From an uncultured Acidobacteriota bacterium (GTDB taxonomy: Bacteria; Acidobacteriota; Vicinamibacteria; Fen-336), in the NCBI GenBank assembly GCA_963818355.1, contig CAWFSB010000040.1:86649-150648 (forward strand): a stretch of 64,000 bases of DNA, read 5' to 3'. Below are positions 62,101 through 64,000 of the stretch, piece after piece; positions within the stretch are counted from its first letter, which is position 1; each line of letters starts with the position of its first letter. A program made the translations under genes and the position numbers. A model generated the notes under the pieces. It saw nothing but the letters and a program-made list of their open reading frames with translations. It ran no database searches and was not told where the DNA came from.

Positions 62101-63294
62101 GAACACTGCACCGCGCGCTTCACCGAACGCACCATGCACGCCTGGCGCGGCGAATACCTCGACCTGCTCGAGCGGCTGCCCCGGTCGGCAGCAGGGCCGA
62201 TCTCGGAGCTCGCGGGCGCCACGGCGAGCCCCCCGGTAGCGACGGCCTCGGCCGCTCCTCCGCCGACGGGAAGCTCGAAGCGGCCTCCACCGTCGGATGA
62301 CCCGCGCGGCGAGTACATCCGCAGCGAGCTGTCCCGCATCTGGGCGGCGTGGTTCGAACGACCGGTTGGCCCCGATGAGCGCTTCTTCGATCTCGGCGGC
62401 CATTCGTTGCTGGCCGTGCGCCTGGTGGTCCGCATCCGCGAGGCGTTCGGGGTCGAGGTGCCGCTGGGGACGTTCTTCGACAACCCTACGATTGGCGGGT
62501 TGGCGGCCACGATTGCCCTCTCGGGCGATGGCGGTGCGCGCGGGCTGTGGCGCAACGTCGCCCCGGGACCACCCATTGCGCCCCTTTGGGCAGTGCCCGG
62601 CGCTCATGCTCGCGAGGAGCATTGGTACGTCCACGCCGCGATCGCCCGGACGTTTCGAAGGAAGCGCCCGGTCCACGTCTTGTACCCGCCACATTCCCGG
62701 AAGCAGCCCGACGTCGAGACCATCGCGTCAGAAGCCGTGGACGCTTTGCGCGACGTCCAGCCGCAGGGCCCCTACGACCTCGTCGGCGACTGCCTCGGTG
62801 GAGTGCTCGCCTTCGAGATCGCCCGCCAGCTGACGGCCCGCGGGTGCACGGTCGGGCGGCTCGTGCTTCTGGATTCCCTGTATCCTGCACGTCGGCCGGG
62901 CTCGAGGCTCGCGCAGGCGGCGAGGGGCTCGACGCGGGCGCGCCGGCTGTGGCTCAGGTGCCTGGCGGGCGGCCACCGGCTGGCGGCGCTGAAGGCGCGA
63001 CTGGACGGACGTGGCGCCACCGCTGGTCGGGAGCACCTGGACCTCGCGCGGCACCTGGTCCCGCCGAGGTACAGCGAGAAGTACACACTCGAGCTCGCCC
63101 GCTACCGCCTTCGGCCCTGGGATGGGGCTCTGGACTACGTCGTCAGCGAGAGTCTCGCCGGGCGCCTCCCTCAGCAGGCCTGGGAGCCTCACGTGGCCGC
63201 GGTCCGCGTGCACCGGGCCGCGGGAGACCACGTCACCTACCTTCGCTCGCGCCTGGAGGACAACCGCGAGCTCCTTCGGTCGTTGCTGGAGTAG
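59113..63294 (+). CDS. NRPS 2: A - PCP - C - PCP - TE (TE nucleophile motif GDCLGG)
   Basis: GTG 59113 overlaps the NRPS-1 stop (GTGA). The gene is uninterrupted in the frame of ORF 56632..63294. A: YTSGSTGTPKG, FDAATFE, NGYGPTENT, YRSGDL, VKVRGYRVEPGEIE. PCP1: LGGQSI (Ser 60739). C: HHLVHDG (61279..61299). PCP2: LGGHSL (Ser 62404). TE: GDCLGG (Cys 62791) and GDH near the C-terminus. Confidence 0.9.
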   Translation: MKTSGPGTITTIGDRFRAVSSQRAQHPALVWADGSLTYGELDQRSTALAGSLQALGVRPGDRVGLHMTRSPELMLAILATVRIGAVYVPLEPTYPAERLGWMMQDADLSLLLTQGGLPLLASVPCPARDIADTPDGRMTGVSVTPSAPVYVMYTSGSTGTPKGVVVPQRGILRLVCDVDYVQLDRNTRILQLAPNSFDAATFEVWGAWLNGGTLVLAPPGIPDLVTLGRLIADERINTMWLTASLFNVVVDESVWILRPLSQLLTGGEALSLPHAGRAMAALPGLRLINGYGPTENTTFTTCYTVPSDIDGALPYSPLGYPIRDTVVRVLDETLRPVPSGEVGELCLGGAGVALGYLNRPELTAERFVPDPEAPGTLLYRSGDLGRRQPDGFVEFHGRRDQQVKVRGYRVEPGEIEAALARIEGVRQAVVVPHSSPGGDVSLVAFVVGHGGGGDPHHLRARLAEQLPAWMIPTRFVLLGALPLNANGKADRQQLLASVSMLGGPPRRELADALEARVLEIYRGALHVPDCQPDDRFVDLGGQSIQALMIASRLEREYGRRIPLCWVYDYGSPAALATALRDRPPEPDPIMPAPPVIEPTPGLSFPQERVWFLQQRYPDCRAYHFQATLEFTGALDVSALERALSEIVRRHAILRSGFPLGRQGPEMAPREPEPVVLAPLRTDDVPTLLAEEFLAPMDVVHGPLVRWRLLRLGPDRHLLVQTEHHLVHDGWSFNLLLDEMQGLYRASREGRPSALPPAPDFAAVMSACRARYERRRGEDERWWRQHLDGCAPAMSLPWDHAPSGRESFEGLTVRLPLSRRLIDAHRDLARALGTTPFVTLLSAFLILLHRHSGQHDLCIGSGVANRTDPEVERLPGMLVNTLLLRFDLAGDPSVAELAQRVHRTTLAAWDHQGMPFDRVVSLLREDGPIGDWSSPEVMFSVHNSPSTPIDWPGLKVRVTEGLSYGTAKVPLNVVLLPAHPDPEAPDDPDAPAMTLIWEHCTARFTERTMHAWRGEYLDLLERLPRSAAGPISELAGATASPPVATASAAPPPTGSSKRPPPSDDPRGEYIRSELSRIWAAWFERPVGPDERFFDLGGHSLLAVRLVVRIREAFGVEVPLGTFFDNPTIGGLAATIALSGDGGARGLWRNVAPGPPIAPLWAVPGAHAREEHWYVHAAIARTFRRKRPVHVLYPPHSRKQPDVETIASEAVDALRDVQPQGPYDLVGDCLGGVLAFEIARQLTARGCTVGRLVLLDSLYPARRPGSRLAQAARGSTRARRLWLRCLAGGHRLAALKARLDGRGATAGREHLDLARHLVPPRYSEKYTLELARYRLRPWDGALDYVVSESLAGRLPQQAWEPHVAAVRVHRAAGDHVTYLRSRLEDNRELLRSLLE

Positions 63295-63338
63295 CCGAGA
63301 GGGCTCGGCGCGGTCGCCTCGCGTGGGCGCCCTGCGAT

Positions 63339-64000
63339 ATGCTCGCGGCCCGGGAGATCGCCATGCTCGACATCCGCCGCATCCGGGATCAGTTCCCCAT
63401 CACCCGCCAGCGCTTCCAGGTGCTCGGCCAGACCGAGCCGAAGCCCCTCATCTACATGGACCACGGGGCGAGCACCCATCCGCCCTCACCCGTGCTCGAC
63501 ACCTACAAGGACTTCCTCGAGCACTCCTACGCGAACGTCCACCGGGGACGCCACTACCTCTCGGAGATGGCCACCGACCGCTTCGAGCACGTCTCGGACG
63601 ACATCTTCCGCTTCATCCACGGGAGCCGCTCCGCGAACACGGTGATCCTGTGCGGGAACACCACCCAGGCCCTCGACCTCGCGGCCCACGTCATGGCGCA
63701 CCGCAAGGGCGTCACCCTCGTGTCGCTGATGGAGCACCACTCGAACGACCTGCCCCACCGCGCGCGGGGCCGGGTCGTCCACTTCGGGGTGAAGGACGAC
63801 GGGACCCTCGACTACGACGACCTCGAGGCGAAGCTGCGCGAGCACGAGGTGAAGCTCGTGGCGGTCACGGGCGCCTCGAACGTGACCGGCTACCTCCCGG
63901 ACATCCACCGCATCGCGCGCATGGCCCACGCCCGCGGGGCGAGGATCCTGATCGACGGCGCCCAGATCCTCGCCCACGCGCCGTTCGACGTGCTCCCCGA
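63339..64000 (+). CDS. class-V PLP-dependent aminotransferase / cysteine-desulfurase-like enzyme (5' part, runs off right edge)
   Basis: Not in the track because it has no stop. The start is ATG 63339 or 63363: MLDIRRIRDQFPI..IYMDHGASTHPPSPVLD..YANVHRGRHYLS..CGNTTQALDL..EHHSNDLP..VTGASNVTG. Confidence 0.75.
   Translation, partial: MLAAREIAMLDIRRIRDQFPITRQRFQVLGQTEPKPLIYMDHGASTHPPSPVLDTYKDFLEHSYANVHRGRHYLSEMATDRFEHVSDDIFRFIHGSRSANTVILCGNTTQALDLAAHVMAHRKGVTLVSLMEHHSNDLPHRARGRVVHFGVKDDGTLDYDDLEAKLREHEVKLVAVTGASNVTGYLPDIHRIARMAHARGARILIDGAQILAHAPFDVLP

Noticed and set aside
1-64000. Prophage, integrative element or IS content
   Set aside because: I recognised no integrase, transposase, phage structural gene, tRNA attachment site or direct-repeat boundary. 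The only compositional anomaly is the modest GC drop over NRPS-2.

Overview
This is a 64 kb, very GC-rich segment: about 68-75% GC in the 200-nt samples I hand-counted. It looks like chromosome from a diderm, soil-type bacterium. Gene content includes a TolB-like propeller regulator, tricorn protease, ThuA, two ECF sigma/anti-sigma modules, DUF4097 proteins and three GT-C membrane glycosyltransferases. The lineage cannot be fixed from sequence alone. I can support about 48 protein genes. I saw no rRNA, tRNA, CRISPR array, transposase or integrase. Positions 1-48 kb carry housekeeping genes (purB, two malic enzymes, fpg, tpx, peptidases), envelope genes and signalling genes. Positions 48-64 kb carry a PKS-NRPS cluster. 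Four things go beyond ordinary annotation. (1) The PKS-NRPS cluster has an unusual domain set. The PKS reads KS-AT-KR-DH-ACP-TE. NRPS-1 has a formyltransferase, a C-like remnant, a Gly-type A domain split by a luciferase-like monooxygenase, and a T domain. NRPS-2 has a Val-type A domain, T, C, T, and a TE with a GxCxG cysteine. (2) A modular palindromic repeat family with core TGTCATTCCGAGG...GGGCGACGAGGAATCCGC sits at 8 loci, two of them inside ORFs. (3) A rhodanese lipoprotein gene has an in-frame TGA that I recall aligning with a conserved Cys, which means either selenocysteine or a nonsense lesion. (4) About 30 single-base frame breaks, mostly +1, interrupt conserved genes including purB. 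This most likely reflects unpolished assembly, so many CDS below are composites of two or more track ORFs. The very long track ORFs (3534..9641 and 48206..53806 minus) are high-GC artefacts.
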